Below, piece by piece: positions 27,401 through 42,400 of a stretch of 64,000 nt of DNA; position 1 is the first letter of the stretch, and every line of letters starts with the position of its first letter. The notes under the pieces are model-generated. The model saw only the letters and a program-made list of their open reading frames with translations. It did no database searches and was not told the origin of the DNA. Source of the stretch: the human T2T-CHM13v2.0 reference genome, Homo sapiens; NCBI RefSeq assembly GCF_009914755.1, contig NC_060939.1; one strand, written 5' to 3'. Made by a program: the position numbers and the translations under genes.

Positions 27401-30400
27401 AAAGCAGGTTCTGAGAATGCTTCCGTCTAGATTTTAAATGAGGATATTCCCGTTTCCAACGAAATCCTCGAAGCTATCCAAATATCCACTTGCAGATTCC
27501 ACAAAAAGAGTGTTTCAAAACTGCTCTGTCAAAAGATAGGTTCAACTCTGTTAGTTGAGTACACACATGGCAAACAAGATTGCGAGAATGCTTTCGTCTA
27601 GTTTTTTTGGGAAGATATTTCCTTCTTCACCATAGGCCTCAAAGCGCTCCAAATATCCATTTCCACATGCTATACAAAGAGTGTCTCAAACCTGCTGTAT
27701 GAATGGGAATGTTCAACTCTATGAGTTGAATGCAAACATCACAAAGAAGTTTCTGAGAATGCTGCTGTCTAGATTTTATATGAAGGTTTTCCCGCTTCCA
27801 ACGAAATTTTCAATGCTCTCAAAATATCCTCTTGTAGATTCTACAAAAAGAGTGTTTCCAAACTGCTGTATCAAAACAAAGGTTCATCTCTGTTAGTTGA
27901 GGACACACATCACAAATAAGTTTCTGAGAATGCTTCTGTCTAGTTCTTATTTGAAGACATTTCCTTTCTCACCTTAGGCCTGAAAGCGCTCGAAATACCC
28001 ACTTCCAGATACTACAGAAACAGTGATTCAAACCTGCTCTATGAAAGGGAATGTTCAACTAGGTGACTTGAATGCAAACATCACAAAGCAGTTTCTGAGA
28101 ATGCTGCTGTCTACTTTCTATTTGTAATCCCGTTTCCAACGAAATCCTCAGAACTATCGAAATTTCCAATTGCAGATTCCACAGAAACAGGGTTTCAAAG
28201 CTGCTCTGTAAAAAGAAAGGTTCAACTCTGTTAGTTGAATACACACGTCACAAACAAGTTTCTGAGAATGCTTCTGTCTAGTTTTTATGGGAAGATATTT
28301 CCTTTTTCACCGTAGGCCTCAAAGCGCTCCAAATGTCCACGTCCACATACTACAAAAAGAGTGTTTCAAACCTGCTGTATGAAAGGGAATGTTCAACTCT
28401 ATGAGTTGAATGCAAACATTACAAAGAAGTTTCTGAGAATGCTTCTGTCTAGATTTTATATGAAGGTTTTCCCGTTTCCAACGAAATTTTCAATGCTCTC
28501 AAAATATCCACTTGTAGATTCTACAAAAAGAGTGTTTCCAAACTGCTGTGTCAAAAGAAAGGTTCAACTCTGTTAGTTGAGGACACACATCACAAATAAG
28601 TTTCTGAGAATGCTTCTGTCTAGTTCTTATTTGAAGACATTTCCTTTCTCACCTTAGGCCTGAAAACGCTCGAAATATCCACTTCCAGATACGACAGAAA
28701 CAGTGATTCAAACCTGCTCTATGAAAGGGAATGTTCAACTAGGTGACTTGAATGCAAACATCACAAAGCAGTTTCTGAGAATGCTGCTGTCTACTTTCTA
28801 TTTGTAATCCCGTTTCCAACGAAATCCTCAGAACTATCGAAATTTCCAATTGCAGATTCCACAAAAAGCGTGTTTCAAAGCTGCTCTGTAAAAAGAAAGG
28901 TTCAACTCTGTTAGTTGAATACACACGTCACAAACAAGTTTCTGAGAATGCTTCTGTCTAGTTTTTATGGGAAGATATTTCCTTTTTCACCGTAGGCCTC
29001 AAAGCGCTCCAAATGTCCACTTCCACATACTACAAAAAGAGTGTTTCAAACCTGCTCTATGATAGGGAATGTTGAAACCTATGAGTTGAATGCAAGCATT
29101 ACAAAGAGGTTTCTGAGAATGCTTCTGTCTAGATTTTATATGTAGATATTCCCGTTTCCAACGAAATCCTCAAAGCTATCCAAATATCAACTTGCAGATT
29201 CTACAAAAGGAATGTTTCCAAAATGCTGTATCCAAACAAAGGTTCAACTCTGTGAATTGAGGGCATACATCACAAAGAAGATTCTGAGAATGCTTCTGTC
29301 TAGATTTTATATGAAAATATTCCCGTTTCCAACGAAATCCTCAAAGCTATCCAAATATCCACTTGCAAATGCCACAAAAAGAGTGTTTCCAAACTGCTCT
29401 GTGAAAAGGAAGGTTCAACTCTGTTAGTTGAGTACACACATCACAAAGAGGTTTCTGAGAATGCTGCTGACTAGTTTTTATTTGAAGATATTTCCCTTTT
29501 CACCTTAGGCCTAAGAGTGCTCGAAATGTCCATTTCCACATACTCCACAAAGTGTGTTTCAAACGTGCTGTATGAAAGGGAATGTTCAACTCTATGAGTT
29601 GAATGCAAACATCACAAAGAAGATTCTGAGAATGCTTTTGTCTAGATTTTATATGAAGATATTCCCGTGTCCAACGAAATTTTCAAAGGTCTCCAAATAT
29701 CCATTTGTAGATTCTACAAAAAGAGTGTTTCCAAACTGCTGTATCAAAACAAAGGTTGAACTCTGTGAGTTGAGGACACACATCACAAATAAGTTTCTGA
29801 GAATGCTTCTGTCTAGTTTTTATTTGAAGATGTTTCCTTTTTCACCATAGGCCTGAAAGCGCTCGAAATGTCCACTTCCAGATAGTACAGAAAGAGTGTT
29901 TCAAACCTGCTCTATGAACGGGAATGTTCAGCTCTGTGAGTTGAATGCAAACATCACAAAGCAGGTTCTGAGAATGCTTCCGTCTAGATTTTAAATGAGG
30001 ATATTCCCGTTTCCAACGAAATCCTCGAAGCTATCCAAATATCCACTTGCAGATTCCACAAAAAGAGTGTTTCAAAACTGCTCTGTCAAAAGATAGGTTC
30101 AACTCTGTTAGTTGAGTACACACATGGCAAACAAGATTGCGAGAATGCTTTCGTCTAGTTTTTTTGGGAAGATATTTCCTTCTTCACCATAGGCCTCAAA
30201 GCGCTCCAAATATCCATTTCCACATGCTATACAAAGAGTGTCTCAAACCTGCTGTATGAATGGGAATGTTCAACTCTATGAGTTGAATGCAAACATCACA
30301 AAGAAGTTTCTGAGAATGCTGCTGTCTAGATTTTATATGAAGGTTTTCCCGCTTCCAACGAAATTTTCAATGCTCTCAAAATATCCTCTTGTAGATTCTA

Positions 30401-33400
30401 CAAAAAGAGTGTTTCCAAACTGCTGTATCAAAACAAAGGTTCATCTCTGTTAGTTGAGGACACACATCACAAATAAGTTTCTGAGAATGCTTCTGTCTAG
30501 TTCTTATTTGAAGACATTTCCTTTCTCACCTTAGGCCTGAAAGCGCTCGAAATACCCACTTCCAGATACTACAGAAACAGTGATTCAAACCTGCTCTATG
30601 AAAGGGAATGTTCAACTAGGTGACTTGAATGCAAACATCACAAAGCAGTTTCTGAGAATGCTGCTGTCTACTTTCTATTTGTAATCCCGTTTCCAACGAA
30701 ATCCTCAGAACTATCGAAATTTCCAATTGCAGATTCCACAGAAACAGGGTTTCAAAGCTGCTCTGTAAAAAGAAAGGTTCAACTCTGTTAGTTGAATACA
30801 CACGTCACAAACAAGTTTCTGAGAATGCTTCTGTCTAGTTTTTATGGGAAGATATTTCCTTTTTCACCGTAGGCCTCAAAGCGCTCCAAATGTCCACGTC
30901 CACATACTACAAAAAGAGTGTTTCAAATCTGCTGTATGAAAGGGAATGTTCAACTCTATGAGTTGAATGCAAACATTACAAAGAAGTTTCTGAGAATGCT
31001 TCTGTCTAGATTTTATATGAAGGTTTTCCCGTTTCCAACGAAATTTTCAATGCTCTCAAAATATCCACTTGTAGATTCTACAAAAAGAGTGTTTCCAAAC
31101 TGCTGTGTCAAAAGAAAGGTTCAACTCTGTTAGTTGAGGACACACATCACAAATAAGTTTCTGAGAATGCTTCTGTCTAGTTCTTATTTGAAGACATTTC
31201 CTTTCTCACCTTAGGCCTGAAAACGCTCGAAATATCCACTTCCAGATACGACAGAAACAGTGATTCAAACCTGCTCTATGAAAGGGAATGTTCAACTAGG
31301 TGACTTGAATGCAAACATCACAAAGCAGTTTCTGAGAATGCTGCTGTCTACTTTCTATTTGTAATCCCGTTTCCAACGAAATCCTCAGAACTATCGAAAT
31401 TTCCAATTGCAGATTCCACAAAAAGCGTGTTTCAAAGCTGCTCTGTAAAAAGAAAGGTTCAACTCTGTTAGTTGAATACACACGTCACAAACAAGTTTCT
31501 GAGAATGCTTCTGTCTAGTTTTTATGGGAAGATATTTCCTTTTTCACCGTAGGCCTCAAAGCGCTCCAAATGTCCACTTCCACATACTACAAAAAGAGTG
31601 TTTCAAACCTGCTCTATGATAGGGAATGTTGAAACCTATGAGTTGAATGCAAGCATTACAAAGAGGTTTCTGAGAATGCTTCTGTCTAGATTTTATATGT
31701 AGATATTCCCGTTTCCAACGAAATCCTCAAAGCTATCCAAATATCAACTTGCAGATTCTACAAAAGGAATGTTTCCAAAATGCTGTATCCAAACAAAGGT
31801 TCAACTCTGTGAATTGAGGGCATACATCACAAAGAAGATTCTGAGAATGCTTCTGTCTAGATTTTATATGAAAATATTCCCGTTTCCAACGAAATCCTCA
31901 AAGCTATCCAAATATCCACTTGCAAATGCCACAAAAAGAGTGTTTCCAAACTGCTCTGTGAAAAGGAAGGTTCAACTCTGTTAGTTGAGTACACACATCA
32001 CAAAGAGGTTTCTGAGAATGCTGCTGACTAGTTTTTATTTGAAGATATTTCCCTTTTCACCTTAGGCCTAAGAGTGCTCGAAATGTCCATTTCCACATAC
32101 TCCACAAAGTGTGTTTCAAACGTGCTGTATGAAAGGGAATGTTCAACTCTATGAGTTGAATGCAAACATCACAAAGAAGACTCTGAGAATGCTTTTGTCT
32201 AGATTTTATATGAAGATATTCCCGTGTCCAACGAAATTTTCAAAGGTCTCCAAATATCCATTTGTAGATTCTACAAAAAGAGTGTTTCCAAACTGCTGTA
32301 TCAAAACAAAGGTTGAACTCTGTGAGTTGAGGACACACATCACAAATAAGTTTCTGAGAATGCTTCTGTCTAGTTTTTATTTGAAGATGTTTCCTTTTTC
32401 ACCATAGGCCTGAAAGCGCTCGAAATGTCCACTTCCAGATAGTACAGAAAGAGTGTTTCAAACCTGCTCTATGAACGGGAATGTTCAGCTCTGTGAGTTG
32501 AATGCAAACATCACAAAGCAGGTTCCGAGAATGCTTCCGTCTAGATTTTAAATGAGGATATTCCCGTTTCCAACGAAATCCTCGAAGCTATCCAAATATC
32601 CACTTGCAGATTCCACAAAAAGAGTGTTTCAAAACTGCTCTGTCAAAAGATAGGTTCAACTCTGTTAGTTGAGTACACACATGGCAAACAAGATTCCGAG
32701 AATGCTTTCGTCTAGTTTTTTTGGGAAGATATTTCCTTCTTCACCATAGGCCTCAAAGCGCTCCAAATATCCATTTCCACATGCTATACAAAGAGTGTCT
32801 CAAACCTGCTGTATGAATGGGAATGTTCAACTCTATGAGTTGAATGCAAACATCACAAAGAAGTTTCTGAGAATGCTGCTGTCTAGATTTTATATGAAGG
32901 TTTTCCCGCTTCCAACGAAATTTTCAATGCTCTCAAAATATCCTCTTGTAGATTCTACAAAAAGAGTGTTTCCAAACTGCTGTATCAAAACAAAGGTTCA
33001 TCTCTGTTAGTTGAGGACACACATCACAAATAAGTTTCTGAGAATGCTTCTGTCTAGTTCTTATTTGAAGACATTTCCTTTCTCACCTTAGGCCTGAAAG
33101 CGCTCGAAATACCCACTTCCAGATACTACAGAAACAGTGATTCAAACCTGCTCTATGAAAGGGAATGTTCAACTAGGTGACTTGAATGCAAACATCACAA
33201 AGCAGTTTCTGAGAATGCTGCTGTCTACTTTCTATTTGTAATCCCGTTTCCAACGAAATCCTCAGAACTATCGAAATTTCCAATTGCAGATTCCACAGAA
33301 ACAGGGTTTCAAAGCTGCTCTGTAAAAAGAAAGGTTCAACTCTGTTAGTTGAATACACACGTCACAAACAAGTTTCTGAGAATGCTTCTGTCTAGTTTTT

Positions 33401-36400
33401 ATGGGAAGATATTTCCTTTTTCACCGTAGGCCTCAAAGCGCTCCAAATGTCCACGTCCACATACTACAAAAAGAGTGTTTCAAACCTGCTGTATGAAAGG
33501 GAATGTTCAACTCTATGAGTTGAATGCAAACATTACAAAGAAGTTTCTGAGAATGCTTCTGTCTAGATTTTATATGAAGGTTTTCCCGTTTCCAACGAAA
33601 TTTTCAATGCTCTCAAAATATCCACTTGTAGATTCTACAAAAAGAGTGTTTCCAAACTGCTGTGTCAAAAGAAAGGTTCAACTCTGTTAGTTGAGGACAC
33701 ACATCACAAATAAGTTTCTGAGAATGCTTCTGTCTAGTTCTTATTTGAAGACATTTCCTTTCTCACCTTAGGCCTGAAAACGCTCGAAATATCCACTTCC
33801 AGATACGACAGAAACAGTGATTCAAACCTGCTCTATGAAAGGGAATGTTCAACTAGGTGACTTGAATGCAAACATCACAAAGCAGTTTCTGAGAATGCTG
33901 CTGTCTACTTTCTATTTGTAATCCCGTTTCCAACGAAATCCTCAGAACTATCGAAATTTCCAATTGCAGATTCCACAAAAAGCGTGTTTCAAAGCTGCTC
34001 TGTAAAAAGAAAGGTTCAACTCTGTTAGTTGAATACACACGTCACAAACAAGTTTCTGAGAATGCTTCTGTCTAGTTTTTATGGGAAGATATTTCCTTTT
34101 TCACCGTAGGCCTCAAAGCGCTCCAAATGTCCACTTCCACATACTACAAAAAGAGTGTTTCAAACCTGCTCTATGATAGGGAATGTTGAAACCTATGAGT
34201 TGAATGCAAGCATTACAAAGAGGTTTCTGAGAATGCTTCTGTCTAGATTTTATATGTAGATATTCCCGTTTCCAACGAAATCCTCAAAGCTATCCAAATA
34301 TCAACTTGCAGATTCTACAAAAGGAATGTTTCCAAAATGCTGTATCCAAACAAAGGTTCAACTCTGTGAATTGAGGGCATACATCACAAAGAAGATTCTG
34401 AGAATGCTTCTGTCTAGATTTTATATGAAAATATTCCCGTTTCCAACGAAATCCTCAAAGCTATCCAAATATCCACTTGCAAATGCCACAAAAAGAGTGT
34501 TTCCAAACTGCTCTGTGAAAAGGAAGGTTCAACTCTGTTAGTTGAGTACACACATCACAAAGAGGTTTCTGAGAATGCTGCTGACTAGTTTTTATTTGAA
34601 GATATTTCCCTTTTCACCTTAGGCCTAAGAGTGCTCGAAATGTCCATTTCCACATACTCCACAAAGTGTGTTTCAAACGTGCTGTATGAAAGGGAATGTT
34701 CAACTCTATGAGTTGAATGCAAACATCACAAAGAAGACTCTGAGAATGCTTTTGTCTAGATTTTATATGAAGATATTCCCGTGTCCAACGAAATTTTCAA
34801 AGGTCTCCAAATATCCATTTGTAGATTCTACAAAAAGAGTGTTTCCAAACTGCTGTATCAAAACAAAGGTTGAACTCTGTGAGTTGAGGACACACATCAC
34901 AAATAAGTTTCTGAGAATGCTTCTGTCTAGTTTTTATTTGAAGATGTTTCCTTTTTCACCATAGGCCTGAAAGCGCTCGAAATGTCCACTTCCAGATAGT
35001 ACAGAAAGAGTGTTTCAAACCTGCTCTATGAACGGGAATGTTCAGCTCTGTGAGTTGAATGCAAACATCACAAAGCAGGTTCCGAGAATGCTTCCGTCTA
35101 GATTTTAAATGAGGATATTCCCGTTTCCAACGAAATCCTCGAAGCTATCCAAATATCCACTTGCAGATTCCACAAAAAGAGTGTTTCAAAACTGCTCTGT
35201 CAAAAGATAGGTTCAACTCTGTTAGTTGAGTACACACATGGCAAACAAGATTGCGAGAATGCTTTCGTCTAGTTTTTTTGGGAAGATATTTCCTTCTTCA
35301 CCATAGGCCTCAAAGCGCTCCAAATATCCATTTCCACATGCTATACAAAGAGTGTCTCAAACCTGCTGTATGAATGGGAATGTTCAACTCTATGAGTTGA
35401 ATGCAAACATCACAAAGAAGTTTCTGAGAATGCTGCTGTCTAGATTTTATATGAAGGTTTTCCCGCTTCCAACGAAATTTTCAATGCTCTCAAAATATCC
35501 TCTTGTAGATTCTACAAAAAGAGTGTTTCCAAACTGCTGTATCAAAACAAAGGTTCATCTCTGTTAGTTGAGGACACACATCACAAATAAGTTTCTGAGA
35601 ATGCTTCTGTCTAGTTCTTATTTGAAGACATTTCCTTTCTCACCTTAGGCCTGAAAGCGCTCGAAATACCCACTTCCAGATACTACAGAAACAGTGATTC
35701 AAACCTGCTCTATGAAAGGGAATGTTCAACTAGGTGACTTGAATGCAAACATCACAAAGCAGTTTCTGAGAATGCTGCTGTCTACTTTCTATTTGTAATC
35801 CCGTTTCCAACGAAATCCTCAGAACTATCGAAATTTCCAATTGCAGATTCCACAGAAACAGGGTTTCAAAGCTGCTCTGTAAAAAGAAAGGTTCAACTCT
35901 GTTAGTTGAATACACACGTCACAAACAAGTTTCTGAGAATGCTTCTGTCTAGTTTTTATGGGAAGATATTTCCTTTTTCACCGTAGGCCTCAAAGCGCTC
36001 CAAATGTCCACGTCCACATACTACAAAAAGAGTGTTTCAAACCTGCTGTATGAAAGGGAATGTTCAACTCTATGAGTTGAATGCAAACATTACAAAGAAG
36101 TTTCTGAGAATGCTTCTGTCTAGATTTTATATGAAGGTTTTCCCGTTTCCAACGAAATTTTCAATGCTCTCAAAATATCCACTTGTAGATTCTACAAAAA
36201 GAGTGTTTCCAAACTGCTGTGTCAAAAGAAAGGTTCAACTCTGTTAGTTGAGGACACACATCACAAATAAGTTTGTGAGAATGCTTCTGTCTAGTTCTTA
36301 TTTGAAGACATTTCCTTTCTCACCTTAGGCCTGAAAACGCTCGAAATATCCACTTCCAGATACGACAGAAACAGTGATTCAAACCTGCTCTATGAAAGGG

Positions 36401-39400
36401 AATGTTCAACTAGGTGACTTGAATGCAAACATCACAAAGCAGTTTCTGAGAATGCTGCTGTCTACTTTCTATTTGTAATCCCGTTTCCAACGAAATCCTC
36501 AGAACTATCGAAATTTCCAATTGCAGATTCCACAAAAAGCGTGTTTCAAAGCTGCTCTGTAAAAAGAAAGGTTCAACTCTGTTAGTTGAATACACACGTC
36601 ACAAACAAGTTTCTGAGAATGCTTCTGTCTAGTTTTTATGGGAAGATATTTCCTTTTTCACCGTAGGCCTCAAAGCGCTCCAAATGTCCACTTCCACATA
36701 CTACAAAAAGAGTGTTTCAAACCTGCTCTATGATAGGGAATGTTGAAACGTATGAGTTGAATGCAAGCATTACAAAGAGGTTTCTGAGAATGCTTCTGTC
36801 TAGATTTTATATGTAGATATTCCCGTTTCCAACGAAATCCTCAAAGCTATCCAAATATCAACTTGCAGATTCTACAAAAGGAATGTTTCCAAAATGCTGT
36901 ATCCAAACAAAGGTTCAACTCTGTGAATTGAGGGCATACATCACAAAGAAGATTCTGAGAATGCTTCTGTCTAGATTTTATATGAAAATATTCCCGTTTC
37001 CAACGAAATCCTCAAAGCTATCCAAATATCCACTTGCAAATGCCACAAAAAGAGTGTTTCCAAACTGCTCTGTGAAAAGGAAGGTTCAACTCTGTTAGTT
37101 GAGTACACACATCACAAAGAGGTTTCTGAGAATGCTGCTGACTAGTTTTTATTTGAAGATATTTCCCTTTTCACCTTAGGCCTAAGAGTGCTCGAAATGT
37201 CCATTTCCACATACTCCACAAAGTGTGTTTCAAACGTGCTGTATGAAAGGGAATGTTCAACTCTATGAGTTGAATGCAAACATCACAAAGAAGATTCTGA
37301 GAATGCTTTTGTCTAGATTTTATATGAAGATATTCCCGTGTCCAACGAAATTTTCAAAGGTCTCCAAATATCCATTTGTAGATTCTACAAAAAGAGTGTT
37401 TCCAAACTGCTGTATCAAAACAAAGGTTGAACTCTGTGAGTTGAGGACACACATCACAAATAAGTTTCTGAGAATGCTTCTGTCTAGTTTTTATTTGAAG
37501 ATGTTTCCTTTTTCACCATAGGCCTGAAAGCGCTCGAAATGTCCACTTCCAGATAGTACAGAAAGAGTGTTTCAAACCTGCTCTATGAACGGGAATGTTC
37601 AGCTCTGTGAGTTGAATGCAAACATCACAAAGCAGGTTCTGAGAATGCTTCCGTCTAGATTTTAAATGAGGATATTCCCGTTTCCAACGAAATCCTCGAA
37701 GCTATCCAAATATCCACTTGCAGATTCCACAAAAAGAGTGTTTCAAAACTGCTCTGTCAAAAGATAGGTTCAACTCTGTTAGTTGAGTACACACATGGCA
37801 AACAAGATTCCGAGAATGCTTTCGTCTAGTTTTTTTGGGAAGATATTTCCTTCTTCACCATAGGCCTCAAAGCGCTCCAAATATCCATTTCCACATGCTA
37901 TACAAAGAGTGTCTCAAACCTGCTGTATGAATGGGAATGTTCAACTCTATGAGTTGAATGCAAACATCACAAAGAAGTTTCTGAGAATGCTGCTGTCTAG
38001 ATTTTATATGAAGGTTTTCCCGCTTCCAACGAAATTTTCAATGCTCTCAAAATATCCTCTTGTAGATTCTACAAAAAGAGTGTTTCCAAACTGCTGTATC
38101 AAAACAAAGGTTCATCTCTGTTAGTTGAGGACACACATCACAAATAAGTTTCTGAGAATGCTTCTGTCTAGTTCTTATTTGAAGACATTTCCTTTCTCAC
38201 CTTAGGCCTGAAAGCGCTCGAAATACCCACTTCCAGATACTACAGAAACAGTGATTCAAACCTGCTCTATGAAAGGGAATGTTCAACTAGGTGACTTGAA
38301 TGCAAACATCACAAAGCAGTTTCTGAGAATGCTGCTGTCTACTTTCTATTTGTAATCCCGTTTCCAACGAAATCCTCAGAACTATCGAAATTTCCAATTG
38401 CAGATTCCACAGAAACAGGGTTTCAAAGCTGCTCTGTAAAAAGAAAGGTTCAACTCTGTTAGTTGAATACACACGTCACAAACAAGTTTCTGAGAATGCT
38501 TCTGTCTAGTTTTTATGGGAAGATATTTCCTTTTTCACCGTAGGCCTCAAAGCGCTCCAAATGTCCACGTCCACATACTACAAAAAGAGTGTTTCAAACC
38601 TGCTGTATGAAAGGGAATGTTCAACTCTATGAGTTGAATGCAAACATTACAAAGAAGTTTCTGAGAATGCTTCTGTCTAGATTTTATATGAAGGTTTTCC
38701 CGTTTCCAACGAAATTTTCAATGCTCTCAAAATATCCACTTGTAGATTCTACAAAAAGAGTGTTTCCAAACTGCTGTGTCAAAAGAAAGGTTCAACTCTG
38801 TTAGTTGAGGACACACATCACAAATAAGTTTCTGAGAATGCTTCTGTCTAGTTCTTATTTGAAGACATTTCCTTTCTCACCTTAGGCCTGAAAACGCTCG
38901 AAATATCCACTTCCAGATACGACAGAAACAGTGATTCAAACCTGCTCTATGAAAGGGAATGTTCAACTAGGTGACTTGAATGCAAACATCACAAAGCAGT
39001 TTCTGAGAATGCTGCTGTCTACTTTCTATTTGTAATCCCGTTTCCAACGAAATCCTCAGAACTATCGAAATTTCCAATTGCAGATTCCACAAAAAGCGTG
39101 TTTCAAAGCTGCTCTGTAAAAAGAAAGGTTCAACTCTGTTAGTTGAATACACACGTCACAAACAAGTTTCTGAGAATGCTTCTGTCTAGTTTTTATGGGA
39201 AGATATTTCCTTTTTCACCGTAGGCCTCAAAGCGCTCCAAATGTCCACTTCCACATACTACAAAAAGAGTGTTTCAAACCTGCTCTATGATAGGGAATGT
39301 TGAAACCTATGAGTTGAATGCAAGCATTACAAAGAGGTTTCTGAGAATGCTTCTGTCTAGATTTTATATGTAGATATTCCCGTTTCCAACGAAATCCTCA

Positions 39401-42400
39401 AAGCTATCCAAATATCAACTTGCAGATTCTACAAAAGGAATGTTTCCAAAATGCTGTATCCAAACAAAGGTTCAACTCTGTGAATTGAGGGCATACATCA
39501 CAAAGAAGATTCTGAGAATGCTTCTGTCTAGATTTTATATGAAAATATTCCCGTTTCCAACGAAATCCTCAAAGCTATCCAAATATCCACTTGCAAATGC
39601 CACAAAAAGAGTGTTTCCAAACTGCTCTGTGAAAAGGAAGGTTCAACTCTGTTAGTTGAGTACACACATCACAAAGAGGTTTCTGAGAATGCTGCTGACT
39701 AGTTTTTATTTGAAGATATTTCCCTTTTCACCTTAGGCCTAAGAGTGCTCGAAATGTCCATTTCCACATACTCCACAAAGTGTGTTTCAAACGTGCTGTA
39801 TGAAAGGGAATGTTCAACTCTATGAGTTGAATGCAAACATCACAAAGAAGATTCTGAGAATGCTTTTGTCTAGATTTTATATGAAGATATTCCCGTGTCC
39901 AACGAAATTTTCAAAGGTCTCCAAATATCCATTTGTAGATTCTACAAAAAGAGTGTTTCCAAACTGCTGTATCAAAACAAAGGTTGAACTCTGTGAGTTG
40001 AGGACACACATCACAAATAAGTTTCTGAGAATGCTTCTGTCTAGTTTTTATTTGAAGATGTTTCCTTTTTCACCATAGGCCTGAAAGCGCTCGAAATGTC
40101 CACTTCCAGATAGTACAGAAAGAGTGTTTCAAACCTGCTCTATGAACGGGAATGTTCAGCTCTGTGAGTTGAATGCAAACATCACAAAGCAGGTTCTGAG
40201 AATGCTTCCGTCTAGATTTTAAATGAGGATATTCCCGTTTCCAACGAAATCCTCGAAGCTATCCAAATATCCACTTGCAGATTCCACAAAAAGAGTGTTT
40301 CAAAACTGCTCTGTCAAAAGATAGGTTCAACTCTGTTAGTTGAGTACACACATGGCAAACAAGATTCCGAGAATGCTTTCGTCTAGTTTTTTTGGGAAGA
40401 TATTTCCTTCTTCACCATAGGCCTCAAAGCGCTCCAAATATCCATTTCCACATGCTATACAAAGAGTGTCTCAAACCTGCTGTATGAATGGGAATGTTCA
40501 ACTCTATGAGTTGAATGCAAACATCACAAAGAAGTTTCTGAGAATGCTGCTGTCTAGATTTTATATGAAGGTTTTCCCGCTTCCAACGAAATTTTCAATG
40601 CTCTCAAAATATCCTCTTGTAGATTCTACAAAAAGAGTGTTTCCAAACTGCTGTATCAAAACAAAGGTTCATCTCTGTTAGTTGAGGACACACATCACAA
40701 ATAAGTTTCTGAGAATGCTTCTGTCTAGTTCTTATTTGAAGACATTTCCTTTCTCACCTTAGGCCTGAAAGCGCTCGAAATACCCACTTCCAGATACTAC
40801 AGAAACAGTGATTCAAACCTGCTCTATGAAAGGGAATGTTCAACTAGGTGACTTGAATGCAAACATCACAAAGCAGTTTCTGAGAATGCTGCTGTCTACT
40901 TTCTATTTGTAATCCCGTTTCCAACGAAATCCTCAGAACTATCGAAATTTCCAATTGCAGATTCCACAGAAACAGGGTTTCAAAGCTGCTCTGTAAAAAG
41001 AAAGGTTCAACTCTGTTAGTTGAATACACACGTCACAAACAAGTTTCTGAGAATGCTTCTGTCTAGTTTTTATGGGAAGATATTTCCTTTTTCACCGTAG
41101 GCCTCAAAGCGCTCCAAATGTCCACGTCCACATACTACAAAAAGAGTGTTTCAAACCTGCTGTATGAAAGGGAATGTTCAACTCTATGAGTTGAATGCAA
41201 ACATTACAAAGAAGTTTCTGAGAATGCTTCTGTCTAGATTTTATATGAAGGTTTTCCCGTTTCCAACGAAATTTTCAATGCTCTCAAAATATCCACTTGT
41301 AGATTCTACAAAAAGAGTGTTTCCAAACTGCTGTGTCAAAAGAAAGGTTCAACTCTGTTAGTTGAGGACACACATCACAAATAAGTTTCTGAGAATGCTT
41401 CTGTCTAGTTCTTATTTGAAGACATTTCCTTTCTCACCTTAGGCCTGAAAACGCTCGAAATATCCACTTCCAGATACGACAGAAACAGTGATTCAAACCT
41501 GCTCTATGAAAGGGAATGTTCAACTAGGTGACTTGAATGCAAACATCACAAAGCAGTTTCTGAGAATGCTGCTGTCTACTTTCTATTTGTAATCCCGTTT
41601 CCAACGAAATCCTCAGAACTATCGAAATTTCCAATTGCAGATTCCACAAAAAGCGTGTTTCAAAGCTGCTCTGTAAAAAGAAAGGTTCAACTCTGTTAGT
41701 TGAATACACACGTCACAAACAAGTTTCTGAGAATGCTTCTGTCTAGTTTTTATGGGAAGATATTTCCTTTTTCACCGTAGGCCTCAAAGCGCTCCAAATG
41801 TCCACTTCCACATACTACAAAAAGAGTGTTTCAAACCTGCTCTATGATAGGGAATGTTGAAACCTATGAGTTGAATGCAAGCATTACAAAGAGGTTTCTG
41901 AGAATGCTTCTGTCTAGATTTTATATGTAGATATTCCCGTTTCCAACGAAATCCTCAAAGCTATCCAAATATCAACTTGCAGATTCTACAAAAGGAATGT
42001 TTCCAAAATGCTGTATCCAAACAAAGGTTCAACTCTGTGAATTGAGGGCATACATCACAAAGAAGATTCTGAGAATGCTTCTGTCTAGATTTTATATGAA
42101 AATATTCCCGTTTCCAACGAAATCCTCAAAGCTATCCAAATATCCACTTGCAAATGCCACAAAAAGAGTGTTTCCAAACTGCTCTGTGAAAAGGAAGGTT
42201 CAACTCTGTTAGTTGAGTACACACATCACAAAGAGGTTTCTGAGAATGCTGCTGACTAGTTTTTATTTGAAGATATTTCCCTTTTCACCTTAGGCCTAAG
42301 AGTGCTCGAAATGTCCATTTCCACATACTCCACAAAGTGTGTTTCAAACGTGCTGTATGAAAGGGAATGTTCAACTCTATGAGTTGAATGCAAACATCAC